Shown here piece after piece: positions 7,923 to 15,173 of a DNA stretch of 24,000 nucleotides. Where the stretch lies: the sequence record MN549360.1, one strand, 5' to 3'. Below the pieces are notes generated by a model. It ran no database searches. It was not told where the DNA came from and saw nothing but the letters and a program-made list of their open reading frames with translations. Each line of letters begins with the position of its first letter. Position 1 is the stretch's first letter. The DNA is from Rhizobium phage RL38J1. The position numbers were made by a program, and so were the translations under genes.

Positions 7923-8330
7923 TTATGCAGAGAATCTCTTGCCGAGGAGATACGTCGAATTGTTGGTCTTGATGATCTCCCACTCTTCCATCTTGCCTTC
8001 GATGACAGTGGAAGTGGTGACTCGCTGTCCGTTCTCGAAACGACCTTTCTTGTCGTTGCGAATTGCACCGTTGACTCGAGACATCATCTCGACCCAGTTG
8101 TCGAGGATAGCGTCGTAGTACGGCTGAGGTTCACCGAGGAGATACGTCGAGTTCTTCGTTTCGACGACCTGTCCTTCTGTGAGATCTTCAAGATCGATCC
8201 AGATCGGTGTGATCTGCACGTATTGACCGTCTTCGAAACGGGCTTTCGTGTCAGCATGGACGTTTCCGAACAGCTTCTTCTTCCCGTCGACGATACCCCA
8301 GTTCTCTAGACGTGCTGTAGCTTCAGTCAT
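7923..8330 (-). CDS. Hypothetical protein with an internal duplication (135 aa)
   Basis: Two copies of RFE(D/N)GQ.V....(I).......(E)..(V/I)(E)(T/K)(K/T)NNSTYLLG. Confidence 0.8.
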   Translation of the reverse strand: MTEATARLENWGIVDGKKKLFGNVHADTKARFEDGQYVQITPIWIDLEDLTEGQVVETKNSTYLLGEPQPYYDAILDNWVEMMSRVNGAIRNDKKGRFENGQRVTTSTVIEGKMEEWEIIKTNNSTYLLGKRFSA

Positions 8331-8345
8331 GTGATTCCTTTTCGT

Positions 8346-8588
8346 TTATTCCAGTTGGTAATTGATCTTGAACTCTGCGATCCACTTCGCGAGGTTTTCG
8401 TCGATCTGCTTGTCGATCTCTTCGTGCCATGTACCTTCACAGTGGATGTCTACCTTCTTCTCATGCTGTCCGACGACGTAGACATAGTGAGCGATGAGCT
8501 CTTGATAGGATCCCTTGACCTGAGAAAGCATTGTTCGAAGAACGAGTGATGAATGATCGCCAAATTTTAACGTAATTGTAGTGAACAT
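8346..8588 (-). CDS. Hypothetical protein (80 aa, MFTTITLKFGDHSS...)
   Basis: ORF 8346..8636. The promoter -10 at 8623-8628 makes the upstream Met codons unlikely starts for promoter-derived mRNA. Confidence 0.7.
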   Translation of the reverse strand: MFTTITLKFGDHSSLVLRTMLSQVKGSYQELIAHYVYVVGQHEKKVDIHCEGTWHEEIDKQIDENLAKWIAEFKINYQLE

Positions 8589-8622
8589 AACGGAGCCCTC
8601 TTCGTTACGAATTGACAATTTC

Positions 8623-8652
8623 ATCATACTACACAATCGAACAGCAGTGAAA
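8623..8652 (-). promoter_or_regulatory. Putative promoter TTTCAC-18-TATGAT
   Basis: -35 8647-8652, -10 8623-8628. Confidence 0.6.
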
Positions 8653-8889
8653 CTAAATGAATTCCGCTTCCCAGATCTGTGTGACGTGGACGAGTCCTTG
8701 ATGATGGTTCTCGGACTCGCGAACGGTCTTCTTGAAAATCATGTTTCGTTCTGGAATGGCTGAACGATACTTCCGTCCGACGAGATCTCGACCGTTGAGA
8801 CCTTGATCATGGAGCTGTTGCAGCGTCGGAAGAGCGTAGTAGTCAGCTGCCGCGATGCGCATCTTCTCGTGTTCGAATTCAGCAGTCAT
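8653..8889 (-). CDS. Hypothetical protein (78 aa)
   Basis: Intact ORF; ATGA-type overlap with the upstream gene. Confidence 0.75.
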   Translation of the reverse strand: MTAEFEHEKMRIAAADYYALPTLQQLHDQGLNGRDLVGRKYRSAIPERNMIFKKTVRESENHHQGLVHVTQIWEAEFI

Positions 8890-9134
8890 TGATGTTCTTT
8901 CTGTTGAACAGAGTTGTAAGCTTCAGACATGATCTCATCGACGAAGTGCTCTGCGTTTAACGATGGACTGTCGACGAAGATCTTCACCGTGACTCCTACT
9001 TTCATGTAGCGAGCGATAAAACGGACGAACAGATCTCGATCTTCAGAAGAGACCTGAAGATTACTTGTCGTGATCTGAAGCGAACCAGCTTTGCCGTCTG
9101 CGGCGACAGCATTGATTATCGTGTAGTCGGTCAT
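8886..9134 (-). CDS. Hypothetical protein (82 aa)
   Basis: Intact ORF with 4-nt overlaps. Confidence 0.75.
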   Translation of the reverse strand: MTDYTIINAVAADGKAGSLQITTSNLQVSSEDRDLFVRFIARYMKVGVTVKIFVDSPSLNAEHFVDEIMSEAYNSVQQKEHQ

Positions 9135-9322
9135 TCGATATGCTCCAGTTCTTCTTCTGCGAATGAAAGAGGCGTGTGCCAGTCGTCGAGCTTCACGACA
9201 TACTTGAACGTGAACGTGAACTCCGGATTTCCGTTGCAGACTTCGTCGACATAGCCTTCGTAATTGTGGAAAGCCGAAGACTCTTTCTTCACACGAACGT
9301 GTTGATGTCTCTTAAAGGCCAC
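9131..9322 (-). CDS. Small SH3/KOW-like hypothetical protein (63 aa)
   Basis: MAFKRHQHVRVKKESSAFHNYEGYVDEV...YVVKLDDWHTPLSFAEEELEHIE resembles small SH3-like barrels by pattern only. Confidence 0.6.
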   Translation of the reverse strand: MAFKRHQHVRVKKESSAFHNYEGYVDEVCNGNPEFTFTFKYVVKLDDWHTPLSFAEEELEHIE

Positions 9323-9340
9323 CGGCTTTCTCCTGTTTGA

Positions 9341-9631
9341 TCAATCGGATGAACTACAGCTCGATGAACTGCTGTCGGACGATGATGAGCCGCTGTCGTA
9401 GCTCGATGAGCTGGACGAGTCAGACGGACTGCTGCACGAATATGACGGCGATGGAGTCGATTCGTAGTAGATCGGGTTGAGCGGCGACAGCGGGTTGAGC
9501 GGATTTGAAATGTCCATGCTGTCGTCACGCCTTGTGTCTGTTGTCCGCCTCGCAGCGTATGAGGACTGTGACGGTCTCCTTGCAACAGGCTGCTGTTTGA
9601 CTGGTGTTTTCTTACGGCTGAATGGCCACAT
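9341..9631 (-). CDS. Serine-rich low-complexity protein (96 aa)
   Basis: MWPFSRKKTPVKQQP... followed by a C-terminal Ser/Asp/Cys tract SSSSSYDSGSSSSDSSSSSCSSSD. Confidence 0.7.
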   Translation of the reverse strand: MWPFSRKKTPVKQQPVARRPSQSSYAARRTTDTRRDDSMDISNPLNPLSPLNPIYYESTPSPSYSCSSPSDSSSSSSYDSGSSSSDSSSSSCSSSD

Positions 9632-9929
9632 TGTTGACTTCTCCTTTGTTGCGAATTGCTCGAAGCTGACTACGGAGTGCAGGCAGATCGTGTGTGAATG
9701 TGTGAAGACCGTCGACGATCAGATTGCAGTAGCGTCCGATTTCAGGACGACGGACTTGAATTCCGAACAGACCATCAGAGGACACGACAATGCGCCACCA
9801 GATCTCACCAGACTCGTGATGGTCGATGACTTCCATGCCTTCGCCTGGCTTCCTCTGCTTCTTGCGAGTGCGACGATAGAGGAACGGACTGGTGGTGCTC
9901 GGATCGTAGTTCTGATTGATGCGACGCAT
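9612..9929 (-). CDS. Hypothetical basic protein (105 aa, MRRINQNYDPSTT...)
   Basis: ORF 9612..9959; start at 9929 preceded by SD CACGGAG and a promoter-family site. Confidence 0.75.
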   Translation of the reverse strand: MRRINQNYDPSTTSPFLYRRTRKKQRKPGEGMEVIDHHESGEIWWRIVVSSDGLFGIQVRRPEIGRYCNLIVDGLHTFTHDLPALRSQLRAIRNKGEVNNVAIQP

Positions 9930-9957
9930 GATGACTCCGTGTGTTGTTATTGGGTGC

Positions 9958-9986
9958 ACTGTAAAACATTATGCACCAAACGTAAA
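9958..9986 (-). promoter_or_regulatory. Putative promoter TTTACG-17-TACAGT
   Basis: -35 9981-9986, -10 9958-9963; inverted repeat TTGGTGCA (minus) / TGCACCCAA flanks the -10. Confidence 0.6.
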
Positions 9987-9995
9987 CATCAAAGT

Positions 9996-10427
9996 TCAGT
10001 TCTTCTCTCGGTCGTATCGATCGAGGACCTTTCCGAAGATGCCTTGGACTTGTCTGTAATAGTCCTCTCCGAAGACGGTCTCTGCGAATTCGATCGCCTT
10101 GCGGAATTTCTGCTGGAGTTTCTCGAGTTCGTTCATCTTCGTCACGTAGGAGAGGAAGTCGGTGAAGATCTGTCTGTCCTTCTCGAACGTTGGCAGACCA
10201 GTGAAGCGCTCGTCCATGTCGACGAGATACTCGAGCAGAGCTTTCGTCGTGACAGGATCCTTCGTCTTGTCATCGTTGGCTTCCGTGTCGAGATAGTCTC
10301 TGTAGAGTTTGCCGAGGATGTCGTCTTCTCCGTCTTGCCAGTTGCTACAGAAGTCGCGAGCACTGGACCGAAGGCTGTATTCGTTCTTGAGATTGTACTC
10401 GAACTTGTTTCCTGTGCGAAGATGCAT
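9996..10427 (-). CDS. Hypothetical protein (143 aa, MHLRTGNKFEYNLK...)
   Basis: ORF 9996..10484; internal ATG preceded by ATAGGAGAAGTGAA. Confidence 0.8.
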   Translation of the reverse strand: MHLRTGNKFEYNLKNEYSLRSSARDFCSNWQDGEDDILGKLYRDYLDTEANDDKTKDPVTTKALLEYLVDMDERFTGLPTFEKDRQIFTDFLSYVTKMNELEKLQQKFRKAIEFAETVFGEDYYRQVQGIFGKVLDRYDREKN

Positions 10428-10437
10428 TTCACTTCTC

Positions 10438-10686
10438 CTATCGAATGACGGTGAGCTTGGAGCCATCCTTGAAGACAAGGACAAATCGATCGCATTCGTA
10501 GATGCTGTGGTCTTGCAGCTCGGGTACGTACTCCTTCACCATCCGCTCGTAGACGTAGATGTTGAAGATGTCCGTGTCGAGTTCCATCGGACCGAAGTTC
10601 TTGATGGCGACGTGGAACTGTGCGAGATCTGCGATGGAGGTCTTGGAACCGAAGATTTCAGCGGAATTATCGATTTCGATTTTCAT
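10438..10686 (-). CDS. Hypothetical protein (82 aa)
   Basis: Intact ORF, SD GAGGAG upstream. Confidence 0.8.
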   Translation of the reverse strand: MKIEIDNSAEIFGSKTSIADLAQFHVAIKNFGPMELDTDIFNIYVYERMVKEYVPELQDHSIYECDRFVLVFKDGSKLTVIR

Positions 10687-10697
10687 CTTCGTTCTCC

Positions 10698-10877
10698 TCA
10701 GAGTGATTCGACGTGGTAGGTGCAGTAGACGCCGTTGTCATCTGGTTCACCCATGCCATTCTCGATCATGCGTTCCATGTGACGGTTGGCTTTCTCGAAG
10801 GTAGGAAATTCGGCTACCTGTTCAACTTCGATTTTCACGTTCTCGGAGTTGTAGGTGGTTTCGATTATTGCAAACAT
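10698..10877 (-). CDS. Hypothetical protein (59 aa, MFAIIETTYNSENVKIEVEQVAEFPTFEKANRHMERMIENGMGEPDDNGVYCTYHVESL)
   Basis: Manual translation; SD CACGGAG; downstream of a promoter; below the ORF-track cutoff. Confidence 0.8.
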   Translation of the reverse strand: MFAIIETTYNSENVKIEVEQVAEFPTFEKANRHMERMIENGMGEPDDNGVYCTYHVESL

Positions 10878-10916
10878 TTTGAAGTCTCCGTGGTTTGGTT
10901 TTTTGTTTATGAAATC

Positions 10917-10945
10917 AATCTATCAAACAGTTTCAGTTTCGTAAA
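10917..10945 (-). promoter_or_regulatory. Putative promoter TTTACG-17-TAGATT
   Basis: -35 10940-10945, -10 10917-10922; CACTTTCCTG upstream. Confidence 0.65.
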
Positions 10946-10966
10946 CAGGAAAGTGCAATCGATCCC

Positions 10967-11000
10967 AAAAAAAGAGTGGAAGCTGGCGGGCCTCCACTCT
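10967..11000 (-). terminator. Intrinsic terminator after 11028..11474
   Basis: Minus-strand AGAGTGGA-12 nt-TCCACTCT followed by a run of T. Confidence 0.9.
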
Positions 11001-11027
11001 GCGATTTACTCAGATCGAGAAATCAGG

Positions 11028-11474
11028 TTAGTGTTTCGCTTCGACGATCTCAATCACGCTTGTAATCCGTCGGCGAGTACCTTGCTTGTTCGGAACAACC
11101 CATACCGGGTCGATCACCTTCTTGTTCCGGATGGTCCAGACGTGGTTTCGATTGGTTACGATATACGTCTTGCCTTCCTTCGCAGTCTGAAGGAACTCGT
11201 TTTCAGTCACATGCTTATGAAGCTTGTTGTCGCCGGAGACATCTCGTTCTGCCATGGAAGACATATCGCGATGCTTCACTCCGAGCTTCTTCAGAGCCTT
11301 CTTGATTTCGTCTGTGGAAAGTCCTCGTTTGGGGTTATCCGAGACCTCCGATACTGCCGAAAGGATTGCGTTTTCGTTCATACCCGTCGCCTCTTTGATG
11401 GCGATTGGTGCATCGATTCCTCTCGACTGTACGAGGAGAGGGAACTCGTTTTTAACGATAGACAGTTCCTGCAT
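11028..11474 (-). CDS. Papain-like module protein, paralog 3 (148 aa, MQELSIVKNEFPLL...)
   Basis: C-term 'KTYIVTNRNHVWTIRNKKVIDPVWVVPNKQGTRRRITSVIEIVEAKH'; ATG preceded by CAGGAGAAGTGAAA. Confidence 0.6.
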   Translation of the reverse strand: MQELSIVKNEFPLLVQSRGIDAPIAIKEATGMNENAILSAVSEVSDNPKRGLSTDEIKKALKKLGVKHRDMSSMAERDVSGDNKLHKHVTENEFLQTAKEGKTYIVTNRNHVWTIRNKKVIDPVWVVPNKQGTRRRITSVIEIVEAKH

Positions 11475-11521
11475 TTTCACTTCTCCTGTTTTTATCTCGA
11501 CATCAATGTGCCGATGATGCA

Positions 11522-11550
11522 TAAATATCTCAAACCCCCTCTTACGTAAA
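11522..11550 (-). promoter_or_regulatory. Putative promoter TTTACG-17-TATTTA
   Basis: -35 11545-11550, -10 11522-11527, upstream of 11028..11474 and in the divergent intergenic region. Confidence 0.6.
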
Positions 11551-11577
11551 TACAGAAAGATACACCTGGTACTACAA

Positions 11578-12030
11578 ATGTCCCAAGTTTCAACACTACT
11601 CGAATATGCATACAATTTTAGCGAACAGATCGCCTTCGATATTCTAGGCAGCCTTTCAAAAAGAGACATCTACGGAAACGTTACTTCGTCCGGAGAATTC
11701 GTCTCTAACCCCGTTCCCTACTCACTTCCTCTTTATGAACTGAAGAGAAAGTACGACATCATCGACCCACCAGAAAAGAGTCCTCTGTACGCTCTTGAGA
11801 ACATTCGAACGAAGTCCATACACACGGACCAGCGACTCGTAGTGTTCGAAAAGGTGAGAAACATCGTTCTCAACTACACGAGCATTACGAAGCCCATTCT
11901 TATCGCTAGGTTCGAGGAGCATCCGTTCTCTCTGGTTCTCAACGGCAATCATCGTCTATCAGCAGCTTGTCTTCTCGAGCAAGAGTTCATTCAAGCTTAT
12001 GTGATCGACGTCAGAGTAAGCTTTCTGTAA
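11578..12030 (+). CDS. ParB/sulfiredoxin-like domain protein (150 aa)
   Basis: Only well-supported plus-strand gene. 'KPILIARFEEHPFSLVLNGNHRLSAACLLEQEFIQAYVIDV' resembles the ParB-like GxHR box. Confidence 0.75.
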   Translation: MSQVSTLLEYAYNFSEQIAFDILGSLSKRDIYGNVTSSGEFVSNPVPYSLPLYELKRKYDIIDPPEKSPLYALENIRTKSIHTDQRLVVFEKVRNIVLNYTSITKPILIARFEEHPFSLVLNGNHRLSAACLLEQEFIQAYVIDVRVSFL

Positions 12031-12057
12031 TGAAAGTTTATCATCTCTGACGTCGAT
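12004..12057. other. Long hairpin between convergent genes, possible bidirectional terminator
   Basis: Perfect 13-bp arms ATCGACGTCAGAG (12004-12016) and CTCTGACGTCGAT (12045-12057), with an inner AAGCTTTC/GAAAGTTT near-match. Confidence 0.65.
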
Positions 12058-12079
12058 AGTAAACCAATATGATTAATCC

Positions 12080-12352
12080 TTATGAATAATCATCCGCACG
12101 TTTCTTGGCTTCCTCGTAGCCGATCCACGTTGTCACGCCTCTCCACTCTAGTGCAGTGAGAAGAGCGTCACGCTTCAAGAGTCGCGTATAGTCTTCGAAC
12201 GGAAGAGTGACGTTGTTCACAGAAACGTCAGCTTTGACGCTCTCGACGAATTCTCCGCTGAAGTAGAGATCCTTGAAATCTTTCAGTGTCTCGTCGACCG
12301 TAGCGAAGAGGACTTCTCCTGGCGCAGGAATGTAAGGAGACTTCTCACTCAT
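12080..12352 (-). CDS. Hypothetical protein (90 aa)
   Basis: Intact ORF; overlaps the upstream gene. Confidence 0.8.
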   Translation of the reverse strand: MSEKSPYIPAPGEVLFATVDETLKDFKDLYFSGEFVESVKADVSVNNVTLPFEDYTRLLKRDALLTALEWRGVTTWIGYEEAKKRADDYS

Positions 12353-12605
12353 CGATCGGATCCTGTGCGATCATGCCGAGAGCAGCGAGGTACGTGTCGA
12401 GGATCGCTTCCTCTTCCATGCGTTCCTGTTCATCCTTCTTGCGAATGTTGATGACCTTCTTCAGGATCTTGGTGTCGAAGCCCATGCCTTTTGCTTCGCC
12501 GTAGACATCCTTGACATCATCGCCGATGGTCTTCTTCTCTTCTTCGAGTCGTTCGATACGCTCGATGAAAGCGCGCAGCTGATCACGTGTTACACTGTCA
12601 CTCAT
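12345..12605 (-). CDS. GapR-like / DUF2312 nucleoid-associated protein (86 aa)
   Basis: [71 protein letters not shown] is a near-canonical DUF2312/GapR pattern; probable start MSDSVTRDQ. Confidence 0.93.
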   Translation of the reverse strand: MSDSVTRDQLRAFIERIERLEEEKKTIGDDVKDVYGEAKGMGFDTKILKKVINIRKKDEQERMEEEAILDTYLAALGMIAQDPIDE

Positions 12606-12618
12606 TTCACTTCTCCTT

Positions 12619-13131
12619 CTAGAAAGACCAGAACTGTCTGTCCTGGTATACAGCAGAACCATAGCTTTCATGGCCCTGGGTGATCTCGAGAATTTTCGCT
12701 ATCACAAGCTTCTTCCCGAGAACGTGTTCTTGATGCTCTGTGACGACCTTGATCGTCCACATAAAATTCTCGTTGCCTTTTCTCACGACTTCCTTGGCAC
12801 CATTCTTGATGTCCTTCGAAAGGATACCGACGGCGTTGCCAGAGATCGCATGGATATAGTAAGGCGTCTTCGTCATGAAGACAGCGTTCTTCTCGTTGCA
12901 AAACAGATTGTATGAGACGAATGCACCTTCGACGTCGATGTTGTGCGTGGAGAGACTGCTGATGAGGATCTGTCGATCGTATCCGTCGTCGAGAACGTAG
13001 ACCTGCTGAGGGACAGCTGCGAAAGTCTGTCTCACTTTCTGTGTCAACGCGTCAACGACAGGATCTCGATTGTCGAGTTCTGCTTTTCTTTCCTTCTTGA
13101 ACTTGCCGATCAGCGTCTTCCAGTAATTCAT
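12619..13131 (-). CDS. Hypothetical protein (170 aa, [16 protein letters not shown]...)
   Basis: ORF 12619..13236, probable start at 13131. Confidence 0.8.
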   Translation of the reverse strand: MNYWKTLIGKFKKERKAELDNRDPVVDALTQKVRQTFAAVPQQVYVLDDGYDRQILISSLSTHNIDVEGAFVSYNLFCNEKNAVFMTKTPYYIHAISGNAVGILSKDIKNGAKEVVRKGNENFMWTIKVVTEHQEHVLGKKLVIAKILEITQGHESYGSAVYQDRQFWSF

Positions 13132-13141
13132 GAGTCGTTCC

Positions 13142-14335
13142 TCAGAAAATATCGAGTGTTTGTTTCTTGCTCGTGTTTGGAACGAGCGACATGAACTCTT
13201 TGTACCATGCGTCATGTGACAACGCAGTACGGGCAATGTGAGCTATATCTTGACGCTCATCGAGAGTGTCATACGAATGACGATTGACATCATCCTTGAT
13301 GCGATCTCCAAGATCTGGAGCATCTATCGGAATGCTGTCAGAGAGGTAGATGTTCGTGTTCTCGAGAATTCGATTAGCGAACGTCCATGCAGCATTCGGT
13401 TCATCTTCAGACAGACCAATCGTCACTGGAAGAGATCCGAGACACATCATCTCGTAGTTGAAGATGCCAACGGTCTCGTGGAGATATGCCATGATGTGAC
13501 AACCAGCTCGACGCATCGCATCGATCGTCTGACCTCGTGTGAGATTGAACAGCGTCTCTGTCGTCTGTGAGTCTCGTAGCTGATCCCAGATCTTCGGATG
13601 ATTGCCAGACACAGCAGCTACCATCGGAATGCCGAGTTTGTCGATCAGATGCACGTTCTTCCCTGTGAACTTCGGATCGTATCGACCTACCATGATCGGC
13701 AGTCCATTCGACTCCAGGATTTCTTCCGTGAGAAACCGTTCGTCCAGTGGAGCATTCACGAACTGATAGATCGAAGTGATCGGTTCGTCCAGGAGATATC
13801 GAGCGTCCTCCTGCTTCGTCCGAGTGATGAAGTCAGCAGCGATCTCTCGTTGCACCTTCTCGGCGAAGTAGCTGTTGTAGACCGTGCCGCCATTCTTGAT
13901 GACAGCAGACAGACCCTTCAGACGACCGATAGCGTACATCGCATTCTGATTGACTTCATGCACGTGATGGATCGTCGGAAAGTCTTTCGCGATATCAGCC
14001 GACGTACCAGGAGAAGGAATGTGACTCCACACGAGATCTGGATCGATACGAAGCAGACATGACTTCACGCACTTGTAGTAGCCGCGTGTGAGATTCATCT
14101 TCGCTTGCTTATCGTTCAGACGCTCGAGCGTGATCGGAACGAGCATGTGCGGAGTGATCTTGTCCTTCCAGTACTCATCGACAGCACCAGCGCAGATCAC
14201 ATGGATCTCATGACCTTGCTTCTGAAGGATCGGTATTGCTTTGACGACGATCGCGTCGAGACCGTTCGTGATTCTCGTATGATCAGCCAGTGTGGCAGTG
14301 AAGTGAGACGTGATGATCGCTATCTTCACTTGCAC
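13142..14335 (-). CDS. GT-B glycosyltransferase (GT4-like), GTG start
   Basis: 397 aa. N-term VKIAIITSHF, 'IHHVHEVNQNAM', C-term 'HETVGIFNYEMMCLGSLPV' with EX7E spacing. Confidence 0.75.
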   Translation of the reverse strand: MQVKIAIITSHFTATLADHTRITNGLDAIVVKAIPILQKQGHEIHVICAGAVDEYWKDKITPHMLVPITLERLNDKQAKMNLTRGYYKCVKSCLLRIDPDLVWSHIPSPGTSADIAKDFPTIHHVHEVNQNAMYAIGRLKGLSAVIKNGGTVYNSYFAEKVQREIAADFITRTKQEDARYLLDEPITSIYQFVNAPLDERFLTEEILESNGLPIMVGRYDPKFTGKNVHLIDKLGIPMVAAVSGNHPKIWDQLRDSQTTETLFNLTRGQTIDAMRRAGCHIMAYLHETVGIFNYEMMCLGSLPVTIGLSEDEPNAAWTFANRILENTNIYLSDSIPIDAPDLGDRIKDDVNRHSYDTLDERQDIAHIARTALSHDAWYKEFMSLVPNTSKKQTLDIF

Positions 14336-14478
14336 TCATTCCTGATCTTGTTGTAGGCCTTGACAGCCTCATTGACGAACGTATCAAGCATTCCGTCAGT
14401 GAAGTACGACTGGTTTCTTCCGTTCTGAATTATTCTCAGAACGTACTGCTGGACGAATTCTTCCTTTGAGAGACTCAT
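14326..14478 (-). CDS. Small protein, 50 aa (MSLSKEEFVQQYVLRIIQNGRNQSYFTDGMLDTFVNEAVKAYNKIRNECK)
   Basis: Manual translation; overlaps the GTG of the glycosyltransferase gene; below the ORF-track cutoff. Confidence 0.75.
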   Translation of the reverse strand: MSLSKEEFVQQYVLRIIQNGRNQSYFTDGMLDTFVNEAVKAYNKIRNECK

Positions 14479-14771
14479 TCTGCGAGGATCCTTTCGTACT
14501 CGTTATCGACGATCTTCTCGAGAGTGAGTGTGTAATCTCCGCTGAAGATCTCGTACGTCATGTTCGGATCCAACTCGTACTTGTCACAGTCGAAGATCAG
14601 GCCCTGGTTGTTCAGATGCTCGTAGACGAGTCTAGCAACAAGGCTATGATCAATCTTGAGTGTTTCTCGTAGAACAGGCTTCTCAACAGTGATCTGTCTG
14701 ACTCCGTACGATCTGTCCGTACTGAGAATTCCTTCACTGATCAGTTTCGATTCAGACTTCTTAATTGCCAT
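14475..14771 (-). CDS. Hypothetical protein (98 aa, MAIKKSESKLISEG...)
   Basis: ORF 14475..14795; internal ATG preceded by CCGGAGTTGCTCA; 4-nt overlap with the next gene. Confidence 0.8.
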   Translation of the reverse strand: MAIKKSESKLISEGILSTDRSYGVRQITVEKPVLRETLKIDHSLVARLVYEHLNNQGLIFDCDKYELDPNMTYEIFSGDYTLTLEKIVDNEYERILAE

Positions 14772-14807
14772 TGAGCAACTCCGGGTGTGATGCATTTCTT
14801 ATAAATC

Positions 14808-14836
14808 TTCTAACAAATTTGAACGAAGCAGAGAAA
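14808..14836 (-). promoter_or_regulatory. Putative promoter TTTCTC-17-TTAGAA
   Basis: -35 14831-14836, -10 14808-14813; weaker match. Confidence 0.4.
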
Positions 14837-14843
14837 CTGCAAA

Positions 14844-15092
14844 TCATTCAGTTACGCATTCGACACAGACAGGGATGAGTTTGCCTGTGTCTGCTTCCTC
14901 GCTGTTATCGAACCACCATCCGCATTTATCACAGCAGAAGACGTGATCGTCGAATTCATGACACCATTCGAGATCGTCTTCAGCGTCCTCCATGTCCCAC
15001 TGAAACAACGCCTTGGTAAGAGAATCGCATGTCCCTTCGAGAAACTCTGCGATTTGTTTGGCGGTTCTTAGATAATCTCTCTTGTAGACCAT
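14844..15092 (-). CDS. Zinc-ribbon-like small protein (82 aa)
   Basis: CCDKCGWWFDNSEEADTGKLIPVCVEC: paired CxxC motifs. Confidence 0.75.
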   Translation of the reverse strand: MVYKRDYLRTAKQIAEFLEGTCDSLTKALFQWDMEDAEDDLEWCHEFDDHVFCCDKCGWWFDNSEEADTGKLIPVCVECVTE

Positions 15093-15173
15093 TGTTGCTC
15101 TCTGATTGACACAGATGAAGGGTGGTGCATTTCGTCGTCTTGGATTAATAATCTATAATCCGTGACAGAACGA

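Noticed and set aside
6353-8889. Possible paralogy of 6353..6691 and 8653..8889 (VRES...H...GLVHY/V)
   Set aside because: Only a few residues match and the surroundings do not align; insufficient evidence by eye.
9477-10448. 323-aa plus-strand ORF
   Set aside because: It spans three well-supported minus-strand genes, a promoter and an intergenic region, and its composition is typical of antisense ORFs.
10713-11549. 278-aa plus-strand ORF
   Set aside because: It runs through the intrinsic terminator, a promoter and paralog 3 on the minus strand; the coding evidence is on the minus strand.
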